From Lenisia limosa (Eukaryota; Protista; Breviatea), in contig LPNZ01009878.1 in assembly GCA_001655205.1 (NCBI GenBank), positions 62,001 through 126,000 of the forward strand: a stretch of DNA of 64,000 nucleotides. The letters are read 5' to 3'. A program made the translations under genes and the position numbers. Positions 28,201 to 40,574 of the stretch are shown here, in pieces (the first letter of the stretch is position 1; each line of letters opens with the position of its first letter). The notes below the pieces were generated by a model, which did no database searches, was not told the origin of the DNA, and saw only the letters and a list, made by a program, of their open reading frames with translations.

Positions 28201-28406
28201 GACGTTCGTGTGCATCTACTTTTTAACGGTTGGCCCAACTATCTGGCTTGAGTTTTTTTTTTGTGTGTGTCTTTTTGTCTCATTATCCAGGTCACTTCAA
28301 CCACATGTTCAAGCGCCGCCTGATTGAGATGGTTGAGAATGAAGCCTCTCAGCCTGTCACCTCGCAACCGCCACAAAACTCACAAAGAGCGGTTCGTGTC
28401 TCTTGA
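22254..28406 (+). CDS. SMC5: Structural maintenance of chromosomes protein 5; interrupted by an N-gap
   Basis: GAIKRVRVQNFMTYD...GPGLNFILGPNGTGKSSLV (Walker A), VKTGCDEAYVELTL, NKFQALPQEELAR, long coiled-coil exons, signature [36 protein letters not shown], and QYFILTPKLRDGFKY. The QYF(I)LTPKL and CPFR-DE-QGMD pattern is SMC5-type. Confidence 0.93.
23310..23417. repeat. 25 bp x ~4.3 minisatellite made of an SMC5 exon end plus 5' splice site
   Basis: Unit gatc|gtgaggagaggac(g/t/a)gtg(c/g)t(t/g)g; the first copy is the probable donor after ...ELLSHLQD. Confidence 0.85.
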
Positions 28407-28595
28407 CTGTCTTGACCTCATCTTATTATGTAGACCCCCAAGAGACAGAGGAAACGAAGAATTGATGATGAGGATTGAGTATTATTTAATAGAAGTTATT
28501 GATGGTACTTTGGCCCTTTTCTCTCAACGAAACATCAAATAGTACTTCATAACCCCAACCCCAACCCCAAGAATAACAAGAATAACGGCTTTGCT

Positions 28596-31500
28596 TTAGA
28601 TCTGCAAGTAGGACGCGGGAACAACTCCTCTCCGCCCTCTCAGCGACACCTCAACCCAACCATCGCCGTCAGGCTGAATGGTCAGAAATCACCTGGTCAT
28701 ATGGACTTTGTCTTTAAATAAAACTAGGCACCCGCCTCTCCAGCATCTAATAAAACTAGGCACCCACCTCTCCAAGCATCTCCACGTTGTCACCCGGCTT
28801 GATTGACAACTCGCCTGGACCAGAAGACGCGTATTCATAGAGAACTTCAGTAGATGCTGACACTATTGCGACTGAGCAGTTAGACCAAAAACTGCCTGTG
28901 TTGAAATGTGATATTTCAGCAAAGATGAAACATTTCAGTTTAAGATGATATTTCAACCCCTCACAATCGTCCATTGTTGAAGCTCCTACGGTTGAAGCGC
29001 CCATAGTTGCGGTGGTAGTGTTATCATCAAACTCTTCGAACGAACTAAACCGTCAGAAGAGGTACAAACCCAGCTTACGGTGACGGTTGAGGCTTCTTCA
29101 ACTTTGAGGTTGGATCGGTCTTCCTGAAGGCAACTGCAACCACTGCCCCAGCCACTGTGAAGGCACCAAGAGCTCCTCCCTACAATATAAGACCACTTAT
29201 GTTGCTGCAAAGCGTTTATTCAAAAGACCTGCCTACAACGAGGGTCGTAGTTGAGATGCCATCATCGCCTGCGTTGTACTCTTCCGCAATAACGGGTCCA
29301 GTGAACTCGACCATCTTCACTCCTAGGGTGTTGCATGAGAGACAGAAAACATGACAGAGTATTGTCACCCAAATCATGGCAGCTGACCTGAACCGAACTG
29401 GAGTTGGACAGAGTTGGACGACCAAAGGCCAGCTACTGGGGCAAAGAACAGATCAACGGTGCGGTTGGAGGATACCTGATTTGTCAAAGGGCTACTGTGC
29501 CGCTTTCACCATGAAAATACAGCATGACATAGGCAGGGTGACCATACCGAGGGAAGTGGACACTCCGCGTAACCATTGGAGGCGCTATACGACCCAACTG
29601 TCGTACTGAAACCCTCGGATTCATGTCCATATCTAAATGATTAGCTCTTAACAATCCTGAAATGAATTCATATCCTGATGTCTGAGCGGAAAGAATCCTT
29701 CCCATACCTGCAAACACCAGTAGTTGAGTCTCCCATGGAGTCAAGGTAGCGACCAAAGATGCGAATGGGGAATCTGGGAGGTGGGGGAGTGAGATAAAGA
29801 AAGTGTCAACAGTTCAGACTAATAGATTGTAGTCCTCCGCTCACTCTGCACCAGTCAAGGGGACGATATTCGGTACTGCGGCGGACAAAACGGGGGCAAT
29901 CACAACCTTGACCTTGGTCGTGAGCTATTACATACATACGTAGCCTCTTATTTCAATTTAAAGAGAGCCTACCTTGACACCAGCACCTGGGGCAGCACCA
30001 GCCTGGCTGATGGCCATCGTCGCACTTCCTACGGTGAAGGTCAGAATTTGCAAAGAAGGAATTGGAAAAAGAACGGAAGATGCCAAAAGCCAAAAGCCAA
30101 CCCAGGGTCTGAACAGCCACAGTTGGACACGTGACTTTGAGGTTGGCTGAGTCCTTGGTGCAGGCAGTCGACGAAATATCGGCGCTGTTCAAAGTGACCG
30201 TTACTGCTGATGATCTGCAAAATGGGTGAAAATTAGGCTTGGAAGGTCAAAAGAGAACAGGAAAGAGAAAAAGATCTGGAAGAAGAAAGAAAATTAGACA
30301 AGGAACAGTATTCCGTTGACATACGGGATAGCATCAACGGTGAGAGTGATGCTGGAGGCCTCGTTGGCAATGAGGAATTTCGGAGAGGCGGCTGTGACTG
30401 TTGTTGTTGATGCTGCAGTACCACACATATTATTGGTGCAACTGGGAGAGGTCATCATCACATGATGGTAGGTAAACATAATACAAGAAATGGTTGAAGT
30501 CCATGAAGCTAACGTGAGAGATCCCGAGCAATCGCTGTTTTGGAGACAACTGGTACGACACTTGCTGCTGCATGCGTAGTTGTAGCAGGAAATGACCGGA
30601 CTGTTTAGTCAGTTTTGATATCCAACCCCCAGGCAACTAGAATACTCCGCCAGCAACCTGTCAACGCACGATCCGGAATAGCACGCGCCCTTAGGAAGGA
30701 ACTCGTCTGCTGTTGTTGAGCACATGGCCTTCCCACAACTCTGGCCGTCTCTACTTGATTGGCAGTATCCTGAACCGCATGATTGGCATTCCTGTCAAAG
30801 TGAGTGTGATGTGGTTAAGAATAGTAAGCTTTCCCTTAGAATGCATAGTGCCAAAACAAGTCCCAGCCTACCCCTCCACACGCCTTGTTGCAGCACATGC
30901 CCGAGGCGCAGACGCCACTTTGACACTCACTCTCCAACTCGCAAGTCTTGCCATTCGCCTGAACATTGAGGATGGTTTTGAGTGGTTACAGGAACAATAT
31001 TATAGTACTATCGTCAAGAAGACAACTCAGACCTTGAGATTGGTGTCGCAAATGGGAACAGAACAGACATCGGCAAGGACCGGGGTGGCTAAGCCTGAGT
31101 CTTGACAGAGCGATTGGCTTCAGTGTGAAACAACAAAAAATTGAATAAATAAATAGAAGCAGAAGTCTAAAATTTTAAATAAGCAAATCAAAGCGGATAA
31201 CATATGTACCTGAGCTCCGTGGCTAGACATGCCTGCATACCTGACTTCGTCGCCATCCTCATTGACGCATACTGCGGTGCGGGAGCGATGGCCATCGCCT
31301 GAGGCGCTGCATGCTGGAGCGCAGGTTGAATACACCGACGTCAACCACATGTAGTGCACCTCTGGGGGGGGGGTTAGACTCCAGGCTTGAGATCACAAGA
31401 TCACGCACCTGAGCAAGCTGTGCCGGTCCAGGACCCGTCACTGCCACAAGTCATTTCGGTCTCATCTCCATCTGGCCCTGAGGAGGCTGCACGGAATCCT

Positions 31501-34500
31501 GCGGGTGTGAAAAGAGTCAAGGGGCTAAAAGAAGAAAAAGTGTCACTAACCCCTTGTAATTCCAAGTAGGCATACCTCTGTTGCAAGTGAAGGTACATTT
31601 ATCTCCCACTGCAACTGAGCCACAAGAGGACGCTGCATTGGGGAGAGATCCACACTTGATTACTGGGGGGGGGGGGGANNNNNNNNNNNNNNNNNNNNNN
31701 NNNNNNNNNNNNNNNNNNNNNNNNNNNNNNNNNNNNNNNNNNNNNNNNNNNNNNNNNNNNNNNNNNNNNNNNNNNNNATATTTGAAAAACAAAATAAGTT
31801 CATAACTCAGACCCACATTTACAAGACGGCACACTCTCCATGAATTTGCCATTGCTGTTGCAAGTCATTGTTTTCGTTTTTCTAGAAGTACGTCAGGGTC
31901 AAAATCCAAAATCCAATTTAGAAAAATATAAAAGTGACTTCCAAAAAGGCAGCTTACACTCCAGAGGAAATGTGATATCCCGAACTGCAGGTGATGGTGC
32001 AAGTGTTGGGAGCCTTTTGGGTTACAAGGGAAAAGAGGAGGCATTACGATAGCAGCATGAAAAGTCCACCAACATTGACGGAAGAACACGCAGTTGCTGC
32101 ATCGGAGTTCGCTACCGTGGGTTTGGCACATGAAATTGTGTCGGTGGCTGGATGGTTGGTGTTATGTCCATCTCGGCGTAAAAGTCTACATATTCCTCTG
32201 TTTTTACTAGCAATTGGAGGTTTCCAAGAGTTATTTTTTCTTCTCAAAATAAGAGGACACCATAATCCTTAGATCCCCAGCTTTACCCACCTGGACACGT
32301 GGTTGATGACCACACTCCAGAGCTATTGCAAGTCACTGTACGCGTGGAGCCGGATTTACACTGAATCGAACATCTGAATAATTAGGTTTCGATGTCACTA
32401 AACTCAGAACTGCAGGGAACCAGGGTAGGCCAAGCTGAGAAGCAGAACCCACGTTGAACCAGAGGCGGCGCCGCTGCAGCCAGCACCAAGGGTTCCGAAG
32501 GGCACAGCCGACTTTTGTCCGCCTATCGAGTCAGCATCGTTGTTGATTCAAAGGTTAGAGAGGCCCGGGCCTACATCTGCAGACGCCGGTGTTGCAGTCG
32601 GCTGACACTGCCGGTTTTTCTTCCTTGCAGTACTGCGAACCTGAAGCATGACCTTTCACAAGAAAAACAGCCAGATATGTATATCCTCGAGAAATACTGG
32701 CCTTGTCAACAACAGAACATCATGGCCTGACACCCCCAACTTTGTGAGCACGTGACGGAGCGCGTTTTGGTGCCGCCGCCGCACTGTTTGTTGCAGCTTC
32801 CCCAGTCGCCAACCTAGGGCTGTCAGACGGTTCTCAGAACAGGGAGTAGCCATATACTATTCAGACATGGGGTTGCAACCAAGTCCCCACAGACTGTCCA
32901 ATAGCCACAAAGCTGTGCGTTACAGACTTGTGACGACTCTGGAGCCGGACCTATTTATTAGTGACCTCATTGTAGCGGTATATATATACATCAAAAGTCC
33001 TTGTATGGCATACCCAGGAGTTCTAGGCACTGGGCAATATCTCTGTTGCAGTTGACAGTTCGCGTGCGGGTTCCGCCGTTGCAGGTCTCAGAGCAGCTGC
33101 TCCACGAACCAGTCTAAGATGGTCAACTATCAACTATCCAAGTCCAGTCTAAAATGCTATCAACCCTCCCACGTTCCATGACGGACATGATTCGGTGTTG
33201 CATGTTTGCGATGCGGCGGGTTTGGAGAGGGAAAGAGCCGTGCACTCACTATCTGCAACCTACATACAATGACTAATTGTATATCAATCTGTGAGAACTA
33301 CTTGTGGTTCTAANNNNNNNNNNNNNNNNNNNNNNNNNNNNNNNNNNNNNNNNNNNNNNNNNNNNNNNNNNNNNNNTGGGTACAAGACACAAGACTCTCT
33401 ACCCTCCCACTCGTTTGCCAAGGTACAAACAGTTAACAACGCGGGTTTGCGTTCCACTTCCGCACTTCTTCGAACACTCACTCCAATCACCAGTCTAAAA
33501 CATTAGTCTAACCAAAAACATTGTTGAGATGCATTTCAGGAAGGTCATGCGGTCATCACTCATTTCCCTTATTCGGTCCTACGGAGTTCAAACCTCATAT
33601 TTAGCGCAGTCCATAGTGTTACAGGCCTTGGTAGTCGCGGGCTTGGATTTGATGTCACAATAGAAGTCACTGACAACGGTTCCGTCATTCTTGACCTGGT
33701 ACCGTGATTACTGTCTTTGAACTTTCACATCCAAGATGTTTGATTCTCAACTGGCATTCATTGTCGACCCCCTCCCACCTTGCAGGTAACTGTCCGCATG
33801 TTTTCACCTCCTCCACAAGGCTTATCACAGTCAGACCAGGAACCTAGGGGTGTGATTAAAAGACCAAAGGGTAGATACAACGAGAAAGATAATGATACCA
33901 CATTAAAATTAATAAAATAATGATATCACTTCAGTCCCAAAACAAGATGTGAGTAAATCTTCAATATAAAAAAGAAGATAAATCCAAGGACTTATCATGA
34001 TATGACCAACCGGTGGTCCACTCGTAAGAAGCGTCACAAGGGGGGCTCTGGCAGCTCTGCGAAATTGCAGGGAATCCTGAGGGACAAGCATCGGATGCCT
34101 TACCTAGGAAAATGAGGTGCGCCTTATAAAAATTCCTGCACCTTCGGGATCAATGCAGGCGGTTCGGGTCTGTGTACCGGACTGTCCGCAAGGCCCAGTG
34201 CACTTCGACCATGCGCCTGGTGAACTGAACTGTAAGGTCGTCTATTGTGCTATTCCGGTACCAGCCCCTTACTTGATGTAACTTGCTTTGTCCGCTTCAA
34301 TAGCAGAAATGCAGGATTTGGAGACACAGACCTGGAAAGTTAGTAAAGACTGTTGGAACACAATAAGCATCAAACACGGGTCCTTAAATGGTGACGGCAA
34401 CAAGCAACTGGATCCTTGGTCTTGGACATTAAACACACCTTATCCGTGTCACAAGTGGTTCCTGTCGGGACAGTCCAGGAAGAAGAAGCTGAATACATGT

Positions 34501-37500
34501 CAACTCATGAAGGAAGCTATCCAATCACAAACAGCCACCTACAGAAGCAAGAGCCTGAAGAGCTTTTGCAGTAGCTTCTTGTGCAGTCTACCGGCTTAAG
34601 TGGGTCGCAGCTGTATTTATTAGCACTAAACGAAAGAACTGGCGAATATGCAAAGAAATAAGATAGCAGTCCCCATACGCAGTGTAGGAGCTCGAGCACC
34701 CCTGCGTTTGAGAGACACATTTTCCCTATAGCAATAAGACAAAGGATGCAAAGGGAGATGCGAGGCATTTTGACCCAAAGGGCAAACCTGGAAGCAAGTT
34801 GAACGACTCTCGATTCCGTCGGAACACGCAGTGCCAGCCAATTTATGTGACACTAAGGGGTCAAGCCCGCCAAAAGAACAACACACTCATCACCCACGTA
34901 CTCGGGCATTTAGAGGACTTTCCGGTGCAATAGTCGGCCAAATCACAAGCTGAGTCAACGCCAGTATTTTTGGCATTGCAAAGGGTTCCTGAAGACCTGA
35001 TATGGTGAGATGAGCAAAGACTCCAATTTTGCTGAGACAGGCATACTTGAACTGGCAGCTGGCGCAGCAGGGGTCATAGTCAGAACAAACAGCGCCTGAG
35101 TTGAACTTGCAAGTTGTGGGGTTGCAACATGAGTCGCTGCAGCCTTCCATACCACAGTCACAATCCTCTCCTTTAGAAATCAGAAATTACAAAAGACAAT
35201 ATCGTTGTTGACAAGTATGTACTAGATGAGCACTATCATACCAGTTTCGACGAGGCCATTTCCACACACGTTGGAAGTCTTGCCAACATTGGCACCTAAA
35301 ACGTAATTTCATGTTTGGAAAAAAACCGTGGTAAAGCCTCCCCCCCCCCAGACTATCCGTGGTACATGCGCCATTGCCGTTACTGACCCAGGTGTCCAGA
35401 GCAGTCACGCTAGAAGCGTCCCAATTGGAGGGGTTTGATCCAGAAGACGACATAATCTAAAGAGTCATAGCCCTCCTGTGGCAGGAAGATATCCAAAAGA
35501 GACGAGGCACTCACCAGTCCTGAGGGAGTAACGTGTCTCAGACTCCAGTTGTGTCCAAGCTGAGTGGGTCAAAACAGTTCAGTAAAGCTGGAGCAAACCT
35601 CGTGAGTTGCTGTGGCTCCAGCATTGTCAGCTGCGCGGTTGATGGTAAACTGGTTGATACTGCAGGAGCTGCTACCACACATCGAACCCACCGGAGCTGA
35701 AAATGTCAACTATTCAAAGAGAACTCCAAACTCCAAATCAACATAACATGTAATACTCAGAACCGCCTACCATAGCCAATAACATTGTCACGGAAATCAG
35801 TTCCACTGAAAAGAAGCGTGTTGTCGTAAACTCGCAAATCGCGGCTCCAAGCCTACAACATGAGACCAGTACTTGGTGGCTCAAACCTTGAACTGAGACA
35901 GCAGGCTTTCATAGTCTACGCTATCACCAGTGTAGGTCGGGGAGTAGGGATCACCATCTGATTTTTGTTATTCGGAAATTGCAAAGTTTTTGATGAATAA
36001 CATTGCCAGCAACATACGGGCGAAAGTGGACATTCGAGAAATTACTACATTGACACTGTATGAGGCGCCTGCCCTGTTTTGGTAGCGCGTGTGAATTGCG
36101 TTGGCTGCGTCAGCGCAAGATTGGTGCGTGTTGGAACCGAAGTCTGAGGGATTAAAGACGTCATCATCATGCCGGCATGACCCTTCATACTGACCCAGCG
36201 TGCGTAGTCGTTGACAAATTCCACCTCAAGATACAGCTGTGTGGCTCGTCTGTGTCGTTCCTATAATACAGTTAATCATGCCCACTTCTTTGCAATCCCA
36301 TGTCCATCTTGCAGACCACTTGTTCAGGAGTGCGGCGCTCAATTTGGTGTTTCAAGGCGTCTTGTTCGGCCAATTCGTCCTCAGTTGCTGGAGCACTCTG
36401 CAACAATGAATTAACGTCTTGAGTTGCCCCTTCCTCCCATCATGGCCTGAGCAACCCCAGACCAAGCAAATTCCGTCATCCTGGAGTTCGGCTCGCGACA
36501 CCACAATATGGTCATTGAGGCTATCCGGGTCCCTCTGGGGTGTGAAAGAATGGTCATTGAGGCTATCCGGGTCCCTCTAGGGTGTGAAAGAATGGTCATT
36601 GAGGCTATCCGGGTCCCTCTGGGGTGTGAAAGAATAATACGATTGAGTAACAGAAAAACGTCTTATGAAACCGATGAATACATACTCTTCTCATTTCAGC
36701 AACTTCGGGGTTGGAAACTTCAGCAGGGTGCGAAAGGCGCCATGATACTTGCTCGGTATGGATAGTTCCAGATACTCCTGGGTGATGAGCCAAGTACTAT
36801 TAACAGCAGCACATTGGTAAAACATGTCCTCCTCACCTTCACAGAGGGAGGCAGACGACTTTAGATTTGAGGATACCCCATCAATCTGAAACATCAATAC
36901 TTAGCAGCATGCCACAGCAAACAAAGATGTCACAACAAACCCAATTTACACTGTATCCCCCCACCGAAGCGGTTCCAATATATTGGCATCTCTTGATAGT
37001 GGGGGTTATTGCGACTGATTTCATATCGGTGGGGTCATTGTTGATATAGAGAAACTCCTGGAAATCCTCGCCGTACAACTGCATTGTCAAATAAGGCTCA
37101 AAAGTTGTGGAAGTGTCCAGGGGTTGTTTGATACTATTAGAGAAAAAAAAGGTTACAATCCCCACCTGATCAAAAGGTTACAATCCCCACCTTATCAAAA
37201 GGTTACAATCCCTCCCTGATCAAAAGGTTACAATCCCCACCTGATCAAAAGGTTACAATCCCTCCCTGATCAAAAGGTTACAATCCCTCCCTGATCAAAA
37301 GGTTACAATCCCTCCCTGATCAAAAGGTTACAATCCCCACCTGATCATTTCTGTCAAAATCAACCGAAAAGTCCTAAAATAATAAAATAAAGACGACATT
37401 GTCTGAACAGTCGAGGGCCTAACACCCCCCCTACTCTGCCGAAAGCCTGGAAAGACAGGCCCTTTTCAGAGACTGGGAATTCTCCACCATCACGAGCCTG

Positions 37501-37701
37501 CTTTCCTCTTGTTACTTTCACCACTTCATAGTCTCCAGCAATTCGCACTGAAGATCGGTCTAGCAGGGGGGGGGGTCAGCCACAGCAATATCAATAAAGT
37601 TATGTGTGGTGCACCCACGAGAAAAATACAAGGCAGTCCTTCTTACTATTGACAGCGCAAACTGCAGCGACAAGCACACACAGAAAAAAGATGAACCTCA
37701 T
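28596..37701 (-). CDS. Large type I membrane ADAM/ADAMTS-like metalloprotease: signal peptide, prodomain, M12B protease, disintegrin, Cys-rich, TSP1 repeats, CCP/Sushi-like, Cys-rich, Ig/IPT-like stalk, TM, cytoplasmic SH3; two N-gaps inside
   Basis: MRFIFFLCVLVAAVCAVN; YEVVKV...LSFQAFGRDFSVDFDRNDQ; YLEVEFVNDY; YDNTLLFSGTDFRDNVIGYAPVGSMC; HELGHNWSLRH...IMSS; CGNGLVETGEDCDCG...CCNPTTCKFNSGAVC...CCASCQF...CDLADYCTGKSSKCP; TSP1 units such as GSWSDCDKPCGGGENMRTVTC and GDWSECSKKCGSGTQTRVVNC; TM GGALGAFTVAGAVVAVAFRK; SH3 EVLYEYASSGPGELSIKPGDNVEML...DGWVEVSLRGRRGVVPASYLQI*. Confidence 0.85.
36508..36633. repeat. 42 bp x3 tandem repeat triplicating a 3' splice site in the ADAM prodomain
   Basis: atggtcattgaggctatccgggtccctct(g/a)gggtgtgaaaga x3; on the minus strand tctttcacaccc(c/t)ag|AGGGACCCGGATAGCCTCAATGACCAT. 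Confidence 0.92.
37147..37346. repeat. 25 bp x8 minisatellite built from an ADAM exon end plus 5' splice site
   Basis: Unit aaaaggttacaatccc(c/t)(a/c)cctgatc. On the minus strand GATCAG|GTGGGG; 4 copies keep GT and 4 read GG. Confidence 0.92.
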
Positions 37702-38605
37702 TTGAACAATGCCTCAACAACGACTAAACTCGGTGTTTTCTTTCAGTATGGAATAATATCCGCTATTCTTCAATCTTGTAAGCAGAGAAAAGCGACCTCT
37801 AATTGAGAAGGCTTGCAAATATACAGTTCAGCCGACAACAATTAGGACCATTCAGGTCTTAAATATGTTTAAAAACAGCTTGATTGAGGTTGTCTTGTGG
37901 GTCTAAGTGTCAAAATGGACAAAATCTAACCGCGCGAAATCTCGGTGATCTGGGTGATCTCAGTCACAATTGTGTAAAGGACATGTAATTAATGCTACAA
38001 ATGTAATAGCTGCTACTGCCTTGTAATTTTGTTGTGTGTCATGTGTGTGCAAGTTTGTGCAAGTTTATAAGTTGGCAGAGAGCTGGAGAGCAACTGGAGA
38101 GGGGCAAGCTGGTGGTAAGATGCATGATAAGTTGGAGGAAGACTGGAAGACTTGAAGATAACTTAATAGGCAAACAATATTCAGGTTTCAATTGGGAATT
38201 TGAAAACACTGGTTGTTAAAGGAATGCAATACATGACTAATTGTACCTTATTATTGAAACCTATGCTAAATGAAATATCAACCAAAAGTAATTGAACCAC
38301 TCCATTATCAAATCATACATTGGTTACTTAATTACACTCCATTGTCAAAATCCTTAATTACAATCCATTGTCGAAATCATACATTGGTTACTTAACTACA
38401 TTTCAACGAGACAATATAACTATTTACAAAAATAATATTTTTTTAAAAAAACAGCAGTATCAAACATGACATGGCAATAATATAGTTTAAATAGACACCT
38501 TAAATAAATTGGCCGAAAAGTTATTCCTTTATGAAACAGAAGCCCGTACAGCAACATGCGCAGCAACAAACTATCATAACCCCTATATCATTAGTAAAAA
38601 ATCAT

Positions 38606-40173
38606 TCAATAGCATATGCTATGTGTGAACCTACCAAAAATTGAGAGCAGATAGAGATGGAAGAAAACAGTAGACGCGTCACAGCTTATGCTTCCTCCAA
38701 TTTTGGACTCCACGTAGTCACAGTCAAACTTTTCGTGCAAATCATGATGTCGATAACTTTCACTTTTCGTATCATCTTCGTAAGACATTGTACATTTTTC
38801 TGGATCTTCTTCTCCTCCTGAAACATGAGGACTCCCTCCAAAATAACAAACCTTCCTCGTAAAGATTTATATCATAGACTGATTTGTAGTAGTATTCAGT
38901 TTCCTGATGACACTTTTTATCATCACCAGAACCTAAGAAGTAAAAATCAATAAATAACGGGATTTTAAGAAAGACCTATTAACAGACCTGTACACTTTTC
39001 TTTTGTTCGAGACTCGTATGTAACCGTCACGTCATACGCAACACATTCTCCCTCTTTTTGGTCGACAAAAATCGGCTCTGTGTCTCCCTAAATGTAAAAA
39101 AACAAAGCAATGAAACAAGTAATGAACAGCGACTTTGGTAAAGCTTGACCGAGAGAAAAGACAATCACAGTCAGTATATATTATCATATCATATGTAGAA
39201 CAAATACATTGATGTTTGTTTGACATTACCTGTTTGTATAATGTACTTAACCTACGCTTGACTTTATCAAAAAGGCGATGAGCAAGATTGCAGTAATGAA
39301 CCCAAGGGCAAAAAGGCAAACTCCAAAATGAAAACGTTCTGGACAATTAAAATGAGATACACAATATTTGGAAGAGAAAACAGTTGGGTATTATAAATGA
39401 ACAAAAAAGAGAGAGTTATATTACTCAGTTTGACAGATATTGCATGTTGGTTTGATTATTCTCTCTCATATATTATATAATTGAAATTTGTAGAAGATTT
39501 AACGCGAATCAAATCAGATAAAGAAGATGGTTAATCGATAATTATATAAAAAGGGTATTCTCACCGAAACTAAACTGACACGATGTTGATCTTGATCTAG
39601 ATCTTGAAGGGGCTTCATTTCGACGTCGCATTACCGGAGGTTCAACTTTTAAGGCGGGGCTTTCAACTGTCTGGTCAAACTACGGTCAATGATACTGCTT
39701 CAATATTTCAAACAAATAGTATACTAGTAATATGATACTATGATATTATATATTATTGACTCCTCACTATTTCTGATTAGGGGGAGAGAATAAAAAAGAT
39801 CGTGTTATCGCCCCGAACAAGATTCAACTTGAATCAAATCCTTTTGCTGCGGTAGTAACGTTTTGGAATGACTTGTGTCTTTAATTTTCACCTCTTGAAA
39901 AGGTTTTGAATCAACTGTCACCTCTTCATACGCTGGAAGTTCTTCATCTGCAAATGTCAACTCAAACTACAATATATGTAGTATGTACACATTACCTCCT
40001 TGCCAACAACAACAAAAAACCTCACCTTTATCTAAAACAGGTATTTGCGCGATTTGGGATTGATATGGCGGAGGAGCTTCCACTGGTGGAGCTGAAGGAC
40101 TTGGCTGTGAGTCCTCGTTCAGGGGCGAATTGAAAGAGGGTGGGGGAGCCGAGTAAGTTGGCTGGTCAACCAT
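38606..40173 (-). CDS. Hypothetical single-pass (type II-like) membrane protein with N-terminal PPPY motif; 3' end approximate
   Basis: MVDQPTYSAPPPSFNSPLNEDSQPSPSAPPVEAPPPYQSQ, later FGVCLFALGFITAILLIAFLIKSS (TM), then Cys-containing exons (KKCHQETEYYYK, EKCTMSYEDD, FDCDYVESKIGGSISCD). All GT-AG flanked. Confidence 0.5.
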
Positions 40174-40574
40174 GGTGGCCTTTGTGACTTGAAACAGTGG
40201 ATTGACAGTAGATCACTCGTGAAATAGGACTGACTGCTGGTGCCTGAGCTATTGAGTACGGAATGCACTGATGACACTCTGTGGGTGGGTGGTTGGTGTG
40301 ATGGAATAAGTTGGGAAAGAAGAATGGAGGGAGGTGGAGGACTGGACGTCAGATTTTCAGGGCAGAGGGTTGGGAAGTTAGTAATTTTAACTTGAAAATA
40401 ATTACAGAGTACCACAAAAATGTTTGAGTTGTGAATGTAATCCAGTTGTGATCGATCTCTGTAAGTGGTGTTAGTGTGAGTGAGATAGAGTGAATAATTA
40501 TATAACAACATACAGGCAGGAAAAAAGGGGGGGGGGTATCTCGGACCTCGGACACGGACAATTCAGAAGTCACC

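Noticed and set aside
37147-37346. Regular 25-bp repeats (also 23310-23417 and 36508-36633) as a CRISPR array
   Set aside because: Units are directly adjacent with no unique spacers, lie in eukaryotic introns, and no cas genes are present.
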